64,000 nucleotides of DNA from positions 1 to 64,000 of the forward strand of contig CAXHJY010000112.1 in the NCBI GenBank assembly GCA_964016885.1. Reading direction: 5' to 3'. Source of the stretch: Eledone cirrhosa. Lineage: Eukaryota. Positions 37,231 through 51,580 of this stretch are shown in pieces. Position 1 is the first letter of the stretch. Every line of letters starts with the position of its first letter. A model generated the notes under the pieces. That model saw only the letters and a list, made by a program, of their open reading frames with translations. It was not told the DNA's origin and did not search any database. A program made the translations under genes and the position numbers.

Positions 37231-38154
37231 TTTCAGAGCAAGGTTTTCTTTTGCTAACATGAAATCCAGACTACCAACAGATTTTCTGTCTAACCTACAT
37301 AGGAGGGTCATTTGAAATGTTCATAGGCTGAAAAGTTCAAAAGTTGAAAAGTCCCTAGGCTGACCAAGATACTCTCATGGAATGACCAAATGAGGTTTAT
37401 TTTTTAACATAGTCCCTGGAAAGAAACAATGCAGTTATTAATAAGAAGAGTTGAAATTAATCCAGAGAAGATTTCACAGCGCCAGCATCATTCCTTCATA
37501 GTCAGTTGACCCTTGTATGTATAAATATTTAAACTCTGTTTCATGTACCCTTTCTTCCATTTGTTACAAGTAAGATATTTATTTTTTATATTTATTTAAT
37601 ATATTAATCTATATCTATTTTTATTTTGGCTTTTTTTGGAGGAAATTATATTTTTACAGCTGGTACCTTTTTTTTATTATTTCTGATCCCTCAACTGTGA
37701 ATTATCTGTAATTAATGTTTTGTTACTTTACTTCTATATAGAGGCATTGAAGCAACATAATGATCGATGTAAGGTTTGAACTCATCACCTGTATTGTCAA
37801 TATAATCTATAATCTGCTACCTTAACCTCATAAATAGCTTATTTCATACAAAACATGTTTTACTTGAAATCACATGAAAAATCTTTGTTTTCAATGTTTG
37901 GAAAATTTTTATTCAATGATGTTACTCTTATTTTATCCTTTAGCATACTAAATTTGTTCTGTTGTTCTTACATTAAGATTATTGTTATTATCATTATTAA
38001 TAATAAGTGTGGGCATGTATATTTCCTTGGGCGATGCCAAAAAGTTTTAGTTATCTAGAACAACATGTAATAAATAAAGAAAGAGAACAGATAACCCATA
38101 TAACTTGTACACCAACTGAAAATGCTGCTACTCCTACTACTACCACTACTACTA

Positions 38155-38340
38155 ATAATAATTGTTTCTACTATTGGCACAAGGCCAGCAATTATCCCAG
38201 TGTATTACTGGTACTTTATTTTATCGACCTCGTAAGAATGAAAGGCAAAGTTAACCTCAGCGGAATTTGAACTCAGACCATAACAGGGCGTAACTCTATG
38301 CTGGAAAGACCATCTACCGATACTGCCAATTCACTGCCCT
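38155..38340 (-). mobile_element. Nin/Deu-type SINE
   Basis: Homologous to 1693-1885; sits in a (CTA)n/(ATA)n tract. Confidence 0.8.
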
Positions 38341-38822
38341 CTACTACTACTACTAATAATAATAATAATAATAACGATGTGTGTGTGTGTTCGATTATAT
38401 GAAGAATAGCTTTTCTTTTAGACATATTAATAAAGACATGACGACTATGTTCAAGTTAAATTTTTTTTTTTCACATTTCTTTATGAGTTTTTTTGCAGCT
38501 TGTTTAGAACAACAATGTTGTTTCTACATTCATAATTAACATTTCTAGACTTTCACAGTCTCAGCATCAGTTTTTTGAACTGCCTATTTTATTATAGGTG
38601 AACATAAGTTACGAAAATTTCATCTTAAGAATTTGTGTTGACTATATGGATGACATTTGAAATTTGGGATATGATTATTAGATTAATAATTATCTGTTAA
38701 ACTCTTGAATAAAATAAATATGTATGACCAGTGTATCTTGCTGGTGTGTATATATTAGCGTATATGTGTACTACTTACATAATAACAAATATGAGTCATT
38801 TGTAGGTTCAACATACATTTAA

Positions 38823-38923
38823 CTCTTTAGTATTCACATTACTCTATATATACTATTGTATTTTCATGGTAAGAAAGAGGTAGAGAATTCTGGCCGGTTT
38901 TGGCCGGTTTGAACATTAAAGGG
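38823..38923 (+). mobile_element. piggyBac-like MITE, internally deleted
   Basis: TTAA on both sides, degenerate TIRs, homology to 27080-27280. Confidence 0.65.
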
Positions 38924-39165
38924 TTAAAACAAAGAGCAACTGCAACATAAGGCACAGAACAAAGCCAGATAGGAAAATTCTAATGAACTATATATCCATC
39001 TCACATAATTCCAAAGAAAAGACAAAAGTACATGATATCTATCTACACACACACACACACACACACACAATGGTTGATTGAATCTGCATGTGTGTTTTTT
39101 TTCTCAATTTCTTTTCCATTCCTTCCTCTTCTCAAAATCTTTTTCATATTTTATTTCTCATTCTA

Positions 39166-39201
39166 TCTTCTGATGAAGGACAAGTGTCCGAAACATTAAG
39201 A
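39166..39201 (+). ncRNA. Minimal type I hammerhead motif
   Basis: TCTT-CTGATGA-AGGAC AAGT GTCC-GAAA-CATT^AAGA (probably from GAAACGTT by CpG decay). Confidence 0.7.
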
Positions 39202-40012
39202 CTCGTTTCTTATTATTTCAAGTATTAAACTAATATATTTCTTCATTGTATTATGTCATTTGCTTTGTTATTTCTGTTTACTTTTTTTACATATATGTAC
39301 ATGCACACATATATATATATATACGGTTTTCATTCTTTCTAACACCAGATTCACTAGCGAAAGGTCTGTTTTCTGACTCGCTCATATATTCACACAGCTT
39401 ATGCTGAAAGAATAACTATGTTGCTTGTGTTTATTTCCATCTTCGGTTAGCTTCCCCCTGTGTTGTTTACTTGTCTCACTCGCTTTACGTGTTTCTATTG
39501 TCCTAATAACTTATTTTAGTTATTATCGCTCCAACGTGAGGTATATGATTTTTAATGCGATGAAATACCCATGATCGTTTGGTAAATCACTGATGAGGGA
39601 CTAATTTTATAACATGTTATCCATGTGCAACCAGCAGTATTCTTCTCACCCATATTTTCATATATATATATATATATACATATATATAGAACCTTTAATT
39701 AAACCACTTCCTGAAATTAGCATGACAAAGATGACGCAGATAGGCAGAAGTGTGAGAAAGGTTGGAAACTAATGACACTGGTAATACCACCACCATCACT
39801 ACCATCACAATCATCATCACCTCTAACTTCAGAAATAATAATGATGATATCACAAGAAAATATTTTAGATAAATGAAATGTAATCAAACCAGAAAAATAA
39901 ATTAATTCCAATTACTTTGTAATTTTAATTAAAACATTGCTTTTTTGATGCATATTTTATATTTATCTTTCTAGTCTATACTTTTTCTAATTAACCATTT
40001 TGCCTTATATAT

Positions 40013-40230
40013 ATCATCATCATCATCATCATTTTATGTCCACTTTTCCCTGCTTGCAATGGTGGGATGGGAACTGATTCTGGCTTGATTTCTACAGCTG
40101 GATGCTCTTCCTAACACCAACCTCATTTACTGTGAGTGGTGGGTACTTTTTTGCCGTGGCACCTCCACGACCACTTTGCAGTGGAATGATAGGGACCCCA
40201 GTCCAATCATCTCATTTCTACAGCTGAGTA
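40013..40230 (-). mobile_element. CORE SINE 3' fragment
   Basis: Matches 774-992. Confidence 0.8.
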
Positions 40231-42702
40231 ATATATATATATATATATATGTATGTATATTGTAATCGTGAGAAATGATAGGTTATGAAAGGTGAAAAGA
40301 AATTAAAAAATTACAAAAAGAAACAGTAAAAAGGAGTGGAAGGTTTCACAAAATACTGAAACCAATCAAAAGTTAATAGTAATTACAAAAGATTTTCAAT
40401 GGATGTATGCATAAAATGATAGATGTATGAGAATTAGTGTATTTCTATGTAAGTCAACTATAATGTAAGTAGAACACACACTCTGCTTATATTCTTTGGA
40501 TTCAAATTATTTCAGTGTACTGCAATATTCTCAAAAAAATCACAGAGGTCACAGCAGAGAGGGGGGGGGGAGTTAATGAGTGTGTGCATGCACACAAGAG
40601 AAACAGAGAGAGTGTGAGTGTGTGAGAGAGAGAAATATTAGTAGAGAAAATAGAGGTATAACGATGATGGTGGTGTTGGTGTTGGTGGTGATAATGATAT
40701 GTGTGACAAGCTTCCATGCAGTTTCCTCTACCAAATCCTTCTCACATTGGTCAACTTAAAGCTATGGTAGAAGACACTTGCCCAATGTGTAGTGCAGTGG
40801 GATTAAATTTAGAAACATGTGCTTTTGAAATGAAACCACACAACCATGACTGGTGGAATATTATTGAGTTTATATATTAGTATGTGACCAGTAATTACAC
40901 TCTAAGTGAATGAATGGTAATTTTGGACTTAGGATTTGAACTCAGAACATAGATATCTGGAGTTAAACACATAAAGACATGTAGCTATACTACTTTTGAC
41001 AGTTTATCATCTTGATACTAAGGCGGTGAGTTGTTAGAATGTTGGATAAATTGCTTTACCATATTCGTTCTGGCTTTGTGCTCTCTGAGTTCAAATCACA
41101 TTGAGGTCAAATATGCCTGTCATTCTTTCAAAGAGCAAATAAATAAAAAAGTACCAGTCTAGTACTGGGGGTCGATACTTCCTCTATATCTCTTTCTCAT
41201 TTCCTTTCTCTCACTCGCTATCTTTCTTTGGAAGAAATATGCTGTGTTCAGACCTGGAGAAATGAGCTCTGTCAGATTTTAAAATGACCAAGTAAAGCTG
41301 TATATCAATATGATGTCCCTATGACTCCATCCGGACTTACAGGTCCATACATACATCTTGGACGTATTTTTAATAGTATTTCCAAAAACAATAAAATCTA
41401 CTTGGGAAAAGCAGCATGCTACATAAAGTAAGCCTTTGAAGTATCTCATAAATTTATATATTTCTATATATAGAAATTTATGATAACACAGATCATAGAG
41501 GTGTACAATGTCTTTCTCTTGGAATTCTGGCAGAAATAGCTTTCCTATTTTTAGTCTTAGGATTATTATCTTTTTAAGTAGGAAATTAATTCAACAGTAG
41601 GTTGTTAAAAAATTCTTCTTTGACATTTTAAAGTTGCTGCAATAAAACTTTATAAGATACCCCAAGGGATTCACCCTGTAATCTAATAAATCCTGGTAAT
41701 TTCTTTTACATATGTCCAATTTAAAGTCAGTACTCTATGCCAAGTAATATTTCACTTCCAATGTTATATAACAAGCTCTCAACAACGTATTTCAGCTTAT
41801 ATTTATTGTTGTAAGTTTTACTTACTTTCTGAGGGGCTCTGTTCAGTATTTGTAAATAGTTAAAGACATATATCAGATGAACAAAACAATACTGAAATTC
41901 AAAATTCATTACGTTGGAAGCTTCATTTATATATATAGAAATTGAGTTGTTGATTGTGATGTTTCCCCCTTCTAAAGAGCAATTAGATTTGTTGAGATTT
42001 TACCTTTACTCCACAGAGTTTACTCTTTCACTTTTAAAAACTTAAATACTGATCTTGACTCCAAACTGAAAACCAGTGATTAAATCACTCAAGACATCTA
42101 GCTCTTCCTTTTTTGTTGACACTTCAGTATTCCAAGCTCCTTAACTCTGCTCTAATTATCATTCTTACAAGACCTACTCAACAAAATTATATTTCCTTGA
42201 AATTCTCTCCCCATGTTTAGTGAGTTAGTTACTCTTGCAATAACCAATTTCCAAAGGTTCAAATTGAACTGTGTCAATCTAACCATATCAAAGTGATGCT
42301 GAAAAGGCTATACACATTTCATTTTGGGAAGGTCATACTGTCAATAAAAACACATGCACCATTTTATTACCAATCAACAACTGTGGAAATGACACCACTA
42401 ATTAGTTAATTAAACATTTAATTAATTAATTGACAAACCAATTAATCAAATCACTAATTAAATGATTAATTCCTTTAGTAGTTAACTAATTATCTCATTC
42501 ATAATAAAACCAAAGTGAAATATAATTAGCGCATGTTTTTATTAAAAAAACAGCTCTCTTAAAGTACAGCTATATCATTTCAGCACATGATTTCACACCA
42601 ACAAGTTTGCAAAACAAATACAAAAACAAAACCATGAACATTCTCTTCCTCCCCAGAAGACTATTTATGAAAAAAAAAAAAAAAAAAGACAACTTTATTT
42701 AA

Positions 42703-42900
42703 CCCTTTAGCATTTACTTTACTCTATATAAACTATTGTATTTTTGTGGTAAAAGCTTTATCTCACATAATATCGAATCTATGAGATTTTGATGTTATTT
42801 ATTTTGAAAATAATACCTTAAAGTCAGTATTAATGGCCAGTTACTGCCAGTTTGAAAAGAAAGAGGTGAGAGAATTCTGGCCTGATATGGCCGGATTAAG
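42703..42900 (+). mobile_element. piggyBac-like MITE, right TIR lost
   Basis: TTAA-CCCTTTAGCATTTA and homologous body. Confidence 0.65.
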
Positions 42901-43194
42901 ATATGTATGCTAGTCAGAGTAGTGCTCATATCCATTGCAAGCCCTCTTGGACTTGTGAGACTGATGAAGTCACTTTCCAGCCTAATCACATATAGGTTAA
43001 TGTCTACAGAAAAAAAAAATAAGACATAGGTAGAGACAGAACTGGAGGGTTTGATTCAAATGTAATACTATGAACTTTGCTAATGCTCCCCAAGGATCAT
43101 TTGGTTGTGTCAAACCAGTCAACCATGACTGGCTTATTGTTTGAAACTGAATGATCTATACTTAATGACTGTTTAGTGAGTTGGTAAATATATG

Positions 43195-43460
43195 GTACAG
43201 TGTAAAGTGGTCGTGTAGGTGACATGATAAAAAGCACCCAGTCCACACTGTAAAGTGGTCATGTAGGTTACATGACAAAAAGCACCCAGTCCACACAGTA
43301 AATGTGGTTGGTGTTAGGAAGGGCATCCAGCCATAGAAAACCTGCCAGAAACAGTTCTGTCCGAGCGAGAAACGGTCTCCTGATCAATCTTATCTCAAGT
43401 GGGATAAAACCGTCTAACCCATGTTAGCATGGAAGGTGGACATTAAACGTTGATGATGAT
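43195..43460 (+). mobile_element. RTE/SINE 3' tail with two 48-bp units
   Basis: TGTAAAGTGGTCGTGTAGGTGACATGATAAAAAGCACCCAGTCCACAC x2, then GGAAGGGCATCCAGCC..GATGATGAT. Confidence 0.8.
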
Positions 43461-44877
43461 ACAGTGGATGAGCAAATACACACTTTTATTTTATTTTATT
43501 TTCAAAAAGTGAATGAGGGAATATTTGAGTCATTTTTGAGAAGATACAAATGATTGATGGGTTCCTTTGATTGCAAAAATGTATTTTTATCTGGAACTGA
43601 TTCCATTAAATTTGTTAAACTTCCAATCATTTTTTCTTCCAGAACAGATTACTTTTAGTGAGAGAGGAGAAGAAGTGGTCCCAACAATAAATACACATGT
43701 ACAATATATTGTTGGCAAAAATGGTTAAAATTTAAAGCAATAGAAATGTAGGCCTTCCTGTCTTCTAAGAGATTTAACTATATGTCCTTAATGCTTGAAA
43801 GTCTAGAGAAAAGAACTAGTTATGGGAAGCACTGGGCTTTCGTGAAAGCATTTGTGATTTCTTTTCAACAAGATACTTGGGTAAGTAGTACAATTCAATG
43901 GGACAATGTTTCATGGGGATAAAAAATGGAGAGAGAGAGAGAGAGGGAGAGATATAGATAGAGAGAGAGAGAGAAAGAGAGAGAGAGCGAGAGCAAGAGA
44001 GAGATGTTTAATATTCAACAACATGAGTTATTTTCGAATCATATCAAATACCAAAAAATATTTTTTAAATGTTCATCCATTCTAGAAAATCATTGCATAA
44101 AACATATTAGAAAACTGCCCGAAGAGAAAGAGCTGCTTTTCATAGCATTGACAGCATATTCCTTTTTGTTGTTATTATTATTAAAGTTTTTCTTTTACAA
44201 TGAAAAGATTATGTGAGCAACATCTATTAACATAAACTAGTGAAAATAACATGGAATCAAAGAATTGCATCATGGAAAAAGAAATGAGTAATACTGTTGG
44301 TGGTAATGGTGGTGGTAGAGAGGATGCTGCTGTTGAGAATGATGGTGACAGCAAGGATGGAGAGGATAATATTGATTTTAATAGTTCTGCAGATAATGAT
44401 AATATTAGTGATTGTGACAATGAAAATAATGGTGATGACAATGACATTTAATAAATAAATGTGTATCCTTCCCTTTTTAAGATAACAAGGAGTAATTTGA
44501 GGAAGATTTGGATGGTAATTTTAACAGGCTGAGTGACCCCATAAAGGCGCCTTAGTTGGCTTGCATTATCATCATGCATTTGACTAGGTCCAGGCGAAAG
44601 GCAAATAAAATATTGGGATAGTTATTCCTTTTTTCAAAAACTATTGTGTAAAGGGTGATAGTTTCATGAAGTATCAAAATTGTATTGCAAGTTTATTTTG
44701 ATAATGATAGTGATTTCTTTTGATAACACTCAAGTATATAGTTACTGGCCTCAATGCATTACTGCTATTGGTGGAATGGAACAAATGAGACAATGTGATT
44801 AAAGTTAAAAAATATTCAATTTATTTGTCTTAGTATATCTTTTGTTTTCTACCAATTTAAATCCATTTCCTCTCAGC

Positions 44878-45514
44878 TTGTATGTGTGGGAATGTGTTTG
44901 TATGTGTGGGAATGTGTTTGTATGTGTGGGAATGTGTTTGTATGGCTGGGAATGTGTTTGTATGGCTGGGAATGTGTTTGTATGTGTGGGGATGTGTTTG
45001 TATGTGTGGGGATGTGTTTGTATGTGTGGGGATGTGTTTGTATGTGTGGAAATGTGTTTGTATGTGTGGAAATGTGTTTGTATGTGTGGGAATGTGTTTG
45101 TATGTGTGGGAATGTGTTTGTATGTGTAGGAATGTGTTTGTATGTGTAGGAATGTGTTTGTATGTGTAGGAATGTGTTAGTATGTGTGGGAATGTGTTTG
45201 TATGTGTGGGAATGTGTTTGTATGTGTGGGAATGTGTTTGTATGTGTGGGAATGTGTTTGTATGTGTGGGAATGTGTTAGTATGTGTGGGAATGTGTTAG
45301 TATGTGTGGGAATGTGTTAGTATGTGTGGGAATGTGTTTGTATGTGTGGGAATGTTTGTATGTGTGGGAATGTGTTTGTATGTGTGGGAATGTGTTAGTA
45401 TGTGTGGGAATGTGTTAGTATGTGTGGGAATGTGTTAGTATGTGTGGGAATGTGTTAGTATGTGTGGGAATGTGTTAATATGTGTGGGAATGTTTGTATG
45501 TGTGGGAATGTGTT
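44878..45514. repeat. 20-bp minisatellite (~32 copies)
   Basis: Unit TGTATGTGTGGGAATGTGTT with blocks of variants. Confidence 0.97.
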
Positions 45515-46169
45515 TTTGAGTCACTTTTTTTTTCACAACTGTGTGCTGATGACAGAATAAATGGAGTTTGTCTTTAGTCACTTCAGCAATTAAGAGCTAA
45601 GATATGTAAGCAGTCAGTTGTCCATCACTTTAACCATCTCTTCATCCATTCATTGTGTCTCATTAAATTTATTTGTTGAGTATAGAAAACTATAATATTG
45701 GGATAAAATATAAAATAAGCATGAGTTGCCAGTTACAAAAGTTGAATTCAAAGGAAAGACTTATGAATTTTCCTTAGAATAGAAAACATAATTTGAAGTA
45801 TGTGTGAGAAAAGAGTAAAGAAGTTATCATGAGAATATATAAAAAGAATTCAATAAGCAAATGTTATAGATTATTGGTAATCCAAATCAGAAGTAGATGG
45901 CTATACAAGATTGGTCTAAGTCGAGGAGCATAAGAGAATATATCTAGACAATACATGCTAAATGTTATCAACCAATTTCATTGAATCTAAAGTTTGGTGT
46001 GGGATATAAAAATAATTTTAAAAATGATAATAAACCAATAATTCTAGTCCTAATGAATAGAAAATAATGATATATGTTTGTTGATAAAGATATCAATATT
46101 CATAAAAAGATGATCAAGTGGTTCAAGCATGACTGTATGGTTAAGGGGTTTGCTATTTGCATGGTGTCC

Positions 46170-46885
46170 CTAATGTAAACTATGGGTGCACAAGAACTGA
46201 AGAGGGATCACAAGCAGGCTGGTAGAGAAGGAACATTTTGTAGCAAATATACAGGAGTAATTAGCAGTAAGAGTACTCTTCAAATGAATTATTTCGAATG
46301 CCTGATAGGTTCTCTGGAAGTAGCTGATAGCTACTATTACCTAATGACCTAACAGTAGAAGTAGATGTTCTGAAAACATAGTAACCAGCGTATGAATGGG
46401 ATGGAAAAAGTTCAAAGAGTATTACTTTTTCTGGCAACAAAGGGACTCTGTTTTGGTGTGAAGGAAATATATGATGTTTGTATATGAAGTGTGAAGTTGT
46501 ATGATAGCAAAACATGGGAATTGAATGCAGAAGATGAGCAAAGGTTGGAATGAAATGAGGTGAACTTGCTCTGCTGAAGCACAAATGAGTTGAGGGAAAA
46601 ACTAGGTGTTAAAGGAATCAGAATTGGTGTGCAACAATGGTGATGTGATGCATGTGAAGGATGACAGTTGAGTTCACAATGCCAGGTGATCTAAGTGGAA
46701 GGAATCTTCAGAAGAGGAAGACATGTGAAGATGTGACAAAGAGTGATCTTAGAATACTGAAATCCATAAAGAAGATAACAAAGGACAGCAACAAAAGCCA
46801 AACACTGTACTAGAAAAGACCTGTTCCAACAATGCAAATATAGAAAATGCAAATATAATAATGATGACTATGAGGACAATGATAA
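46170..46885 (+). mobile_element. Old, heavily decayed RTE LINE 3' fragment
   Basis: Collinear nucleotide similarity to 34870-35600 (GAAGTAGCTGATAGC.., TGAGGGAAAAACTAGG.., GAGGAAGACATG), (GAT)-like tail. Confidence 0.55.
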
Positions 46886-47775
46886 TGATTGTTGACTCAA
46901 TTACTATAATTTTTCTTTACATAAAACAATAAAACAAAATACACTGGCATTGGCCTAGGTTAAAAAAACGTTACTATTTATATAAAATGAGAAACATTAT
47001 AGTTGCAATTTGCTTGTTCTTTCATTGTAAATTTGATAATTAGTTTTAGATAATCGATAGCTTTTAGTGTCATATGAAATATAATTTTTAAAAAAATGTT
47101 TATTTTAAGGATCAATAATTGAAGACAAATAATAAGAAAACAATGTGAAAGAAAATATTCCAAGAATAACTTTGAAAATGAATAAAAGATAAAAAGAGAA
47201 ATCCTATTTTTTCTCTTCTGAGAAAAGGAAACAAACAAACAAAAAACAAGTCAAAAACTAACAAATACAAAACAAAATCATTTGACATTGATTTTGTGTA
47301 ATATTCTTTATGTAAATATAAAACTTAATAACAATCAAGATAGATGTATTTCTCAAAATAAAATTTCTATAATGCGTTTACAAAAATAAATAAATAAATT
47401 ATAATCACTCATTTGTTTGCATAGAAAATATATAGGAAGGAGAAAAAATTGCACACTGAGCATGTATGAAAATGTATTTAAAAAAACAAAATAAAATTAT
47501 ATATAAAATCCAAAAATATTTTTATCAGTTAAGGCAGTGTTTTCCAAACAATGTGTTCATGAAATATTGAAACATTAAAGAAAGCAAGATTAATTTCAAA
47601 ACATACTTGTTTGACCTGCACTCACTCACACTCACTATAATTTTTTATAATTAATAAACAAGAAGAAATGTATTTAAGTTGTTTATAAAATCACAATAAA
47701 GTGTGCTTAATGGCATCTTCATCGTTATTGTCATCACTCTTGTGATTGTGATTGACATAATCATCATTGTTTTAA

Positions 47776-47982
47776 CCTTTAGCATTTACATTACTCTATA
47801 TTTACTATTATATTTTCACAGTAAACACTTTATCTCACATAATATCGAACCTATGGGATTTTGATATTATTTATTTTGAGAACAATACCTTAACATCAGT
47901 ATGAGCAGCCAGTTACAGCCAGTTTGAACAGAAAGAGGTGAGAGAACTCTGGCCAGATATGGCTGGTTTAAATGCTAAAGGG
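47776..47982 (+). mobile_element. piggyBac-like MITE
   Basis: TTAA-CCTTTAGCATTTA...TAAATGCTAAAGGG-TTAA. Confidence 0.8.
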
Positions 47983-48341
47983 TTAATCTCTGGTAATGAT
48001 TGTTTAGTCCTAGGTCAACCACTATTTTTGTTTATATAAATTAAGAACATAGGCAGTAATTTCAGTGAAACATAATTTCTATTCCTCTCTTAATGCAATG
48101 TCAATTGGTGGTACTAATCATGTAATATCAAACACATGGTATTGTTGAATGGAATAAAAAAGTATATGATAATCTTTTTCCCATGAAGTATCATCATCAT
48201 GATCTACAACTGTCAACTTTCAGAGTATGGCTAGCTAGGGTCCACTATCCTTTCTGACATCACAGATACTGTGAGTAGTCTCTCACAATGAGTCTTTCAC
48301 AGTGTAATGTAACTATTTCTAATAAATATATATATATATAT

Positions 48342-49282
48342 AAGGCAGGTTATACGATGCCTGCATACGAACAGCAATGCTGCATGGCAGTGAGACCTGG
48401 GCATTGTGTGCAGAGGATATACGCAGACTAGAGAGGAACGAAGCTTGCATGCTCCGCTGGATGTACAATAGTAATATACGTGAACGGCAAAGCATAAACG
48501 AACTAAGGAAAAAATTAGAAATAAGCGGGATCAGATGTTGTTTACTCGAGAGAAGGCTACGTTGGTATGGTCACGTGATGCGCATGAAAGACGACAGCTG
48601 TATAACAAAGTGCAGGGCAATAAAGATAGACGGTAGCCACGGAGTAGGCAGACCCAGAAAAACCTGGGACGACATGATAAATTCCGACCTCAGACGCTTA
48701 CACCTCTCCAAGACAATGTCACTGGACCGAGACCTTTGGCGGTACTCAGTAATAGAGAAGACCCGCCTTACCTAAATACAAAGTAAAACCTACTACAGTC
48801 AGTAGGCATCTCTATCAAAACACCCCCCCGTCCCACCACCACCACCCCATCCACACCGCCCCTTTCAATGTAAAGTTATGTTGGTGCCACAACATCCAGG
48901 CCGAAACAAATGAGATCGTGTAGGTGTCACGACAAAAAAAAACACACAGTCCACGCTGTGAATGTGGCCGTGTAGACAACACGGTAAAAACCTCCCAGCC
49001 CCACACTGTAAATGTGGTTGGTGTTAGGAAGGGCATCCAGCTGTAGAAAACCCGCCAGACAGTCCACGCTGTAATGTGGCCGTGTAGGCAACACGGTAAA
49101 AACCTCCCAGCCCCACACTGTAAATGTGGTTGGTGTTAGGAAGGGCATCCAGCTGTAGAAAACCCGCCAGACAGTCCTATGCGAGCAAGACAACCACTCT
49201 TGCCTCAAGTGGGAAAACCCCCGTCCAAACCCATGCAAGCATGGAACACGGACGCTAAACCTTGATGATGATGATGATGATG

Positions 49283-49284
<2 letters not shown>
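48342..49284 (+). mobile_element. RTE-clade LINE 3' fragment (same subfamily as 17655-18825)
   Basis: ORF 48377-48775; shares the ~113-bp 3' UTR duplication; (GAT)n tail. Confidence 0.92.
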
Positions 49285-49316
<32 letters not shown>

Positions 49317-50249
49317 GAGAGAGAGAAAGAGAGGGGAAGAGAAAGAGAGGGTGGAGAAGAAGAAACTCCAGTACTTGACTAGCACTTAATTAACCTCAAG
49401 AGTTTGAAAGGTAAGCTTTAAAAACTATTAATTCACTGTCATCCCATGAATTCTCAAATAAAATAAAATAAATTGTCATAACTCACTGGATTATGACATC
49501 ATTAAAATATTCTCATAATTCAAGAAAATATTTGCTGGAATGGTTACGTGATGATGATGACAATGGATGTTATAAACTCTTAGGTTTTAGAAACACTACT
49601 AAAAATTTAGCCTGGCATAACCTATCATTCTCCAAACTAAGAGTTGAATGTTTTATTAGTTTGTAAGTCCCAATTTCATCATATTCATAGTGTTGCTACT
49701 GCTTATTATTATGAAAGTAAATTATTCTGACCCTGCCATACCTATTACCATTCAAGTGAATTGGAAGTTTTTGTGTTGTGTTTCATGGTGATGGACACAG
49801 TGCAATCTTAGTGATATGATATGAATTTCTGATTGATCTCTTGACTGACAGTCTATTTTGTTAGATTTCAGTCATTTGTGGTTTCTTTTTTGCTTATGGT
49901 AGTCAGCAGTAACTATCTGGACTGGGATATTGAGTGTTATGAGTCTTCACCAGAGAGACTGTGAAATGCAAATGATGTAATATAAATGTTTGGCCTTTTG
50001 CTTAGATAAGCTTATATGCAACTAATGAAGCTAATTATAAACCCCAGATGAAAATAAATAAGCCTTTAAATAGTGCAGCAAAATTGACAGTCTTTAGAAC
50101 ATTGGATAGAATGCCTTATGACATTTGTTTCAGCTTTCTGTGCCCCGAGTTCAACTTACCACTGAAGTCAACTTTACTTGATAATTAATGTATTAAGGGT
50201 TAATCCTTCTTTCTTTTTCTTAGTCTTTCTCTCAGAATCAGCTACATGG

Positions 50250-51580
50250 GGCAGAAAACAACCAAGCAGAAGAAAGAAGAAGAAAATAAAGTAAAAAAAG
50301 GAATAGAAGATGAAAAAAATAAAAAAGAAGATAGAAAAAAGAAGGAAAAGAAGAAGGAAAAGAAGAAAAAACGGAAGAAAAAAAAGAAAAAGAAGGTAAA
50401 GAAGAAAGTAAAGAAGAAGGTAAAGAAGAAGGTAAAGAAGAAGGTAAAGGAAGAGGAGAAGACGGAGAAGAAGGAGAAGGAGGAGAAGGAGAAGAAGAAG
50501 GAGAAGAAAACAACCGAGCAGAAGAAAGAAAAAGACAAAGTAAAAAAAGGAAAAGATGAAAAAAATAAAAAAGGAAAAGAAAAAAAAACGGAAGAAAAAA
50601 AGAAAAAGGTAAAGAAGAAGGTAAAGAAGAATGTAAAGAAGAAGGTAAAGAAGAATGTAAAGAAGAAGGTAAAGGAAGAGGAGAAGGCGAAGAAGAAGGA
50701 GCAGAAGATGGAGAAGGAGAAGAAGGAGAAGAAGGAGAAGAAGAAGGAGAAGAAGGAGGAGAAGAAGGAGAAGAAGAAGAAGGAGGAGGAGAAGAAGAAG
50801 GAGGAGAAGAAGAAGAAGAAGGAGAAGAAGAAGGAGGAGAAGAAGAAGGAGGAGAAGAAGAAGAAGGAGAAGAAGAAGGAGGAGGAGAAGAAGAAGGAGG
50901 AGAAGAAGAAGGAGGAGAAGAAGAAGGAGGAGAAGAAGAAGGAGGAGAAGGAGGAAAAGAAGAAGGAGAAGAAGAAGGAGAAGGAGGAGGAGGAGAAGAA
51001 GAAGGAGAAGGAGGAGGAGAAGAAGAAGGAGAAGGAGGAGGAGAAGGAGGAGAAGGAGGAGAAGGAGGAGGAGAAGGAGGAGAAGAAGGAGGAGAAGAAG
51101 AAGAAAAAGAAGAAGAAAAAGAAGAAGAAAAAGAAGAAGAAAAAGAAGAAGAAAAAGAAGAAGAAAAAGAAGAAGAAGAAGAAGAAGAATAAGAAGAAGA
51201 AGGGAGGAGAAGAAGAAGGAGAAGAAGGAGAAGAAGAAGGAGAAGGAGGAGGAGAAGAAGGAGGAGAAGAAGGAAGAGAAGAAGAAGGAGAAGAAGAAGA
51301 AGGAGAAGAAGGTGGAGGAGAAGAAGAAGAAGAAGAAGAAGGAGAAGAAGAAGGAGGAGGAGAAGAAGAAGAAAGAGAAGAAGAAGAAAGAGAAGAAGAA
51401 GAAAGAGAAGAAGAAGAAAGAGAAGAAGGAGAAGAAGAAGAAGGAGAAGAAGGAGAAGAAGAAGAAGGAGAAGAAGGAGAAGAAGAAGAAGGAGAAGAAG
51501 GAGGAGAAGAAGAAGGAGAAGAAGAAGGAGAAGAAGAAGGAGAAGAAGAAGGAAAGGAGAAGAAGAAGGAAAGGAGAAGA
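50250..51580 (+). repeat. Purine-rich (AAG/GAG/GAA)n low-complexity tract
   Basis: Almost exclusively A/G; internal ~250-bp duplication near its start. Confidence 0.92.

Noticed and set aside
39585-39650. CTGATGA hammerhead candidate
   Set aside because: No downstream GAAA core or stems
41270-41433. Possible host exon (..MTPSGLTGPYIHLGRIF.. then GTAAGC)
   Set aside because: Upstream in-frame stop, no convincing acceptor, no recognisable protein
43630-43725. Possible exon after TTTTTCTTCCAG
   Set aside because: Weak donor, no homology recognised; such signals are common in AT-rich DNA
44251-44451. Short D/N-rich ORF
   Set aside because: Decayed (GAT/AAT)n repeat
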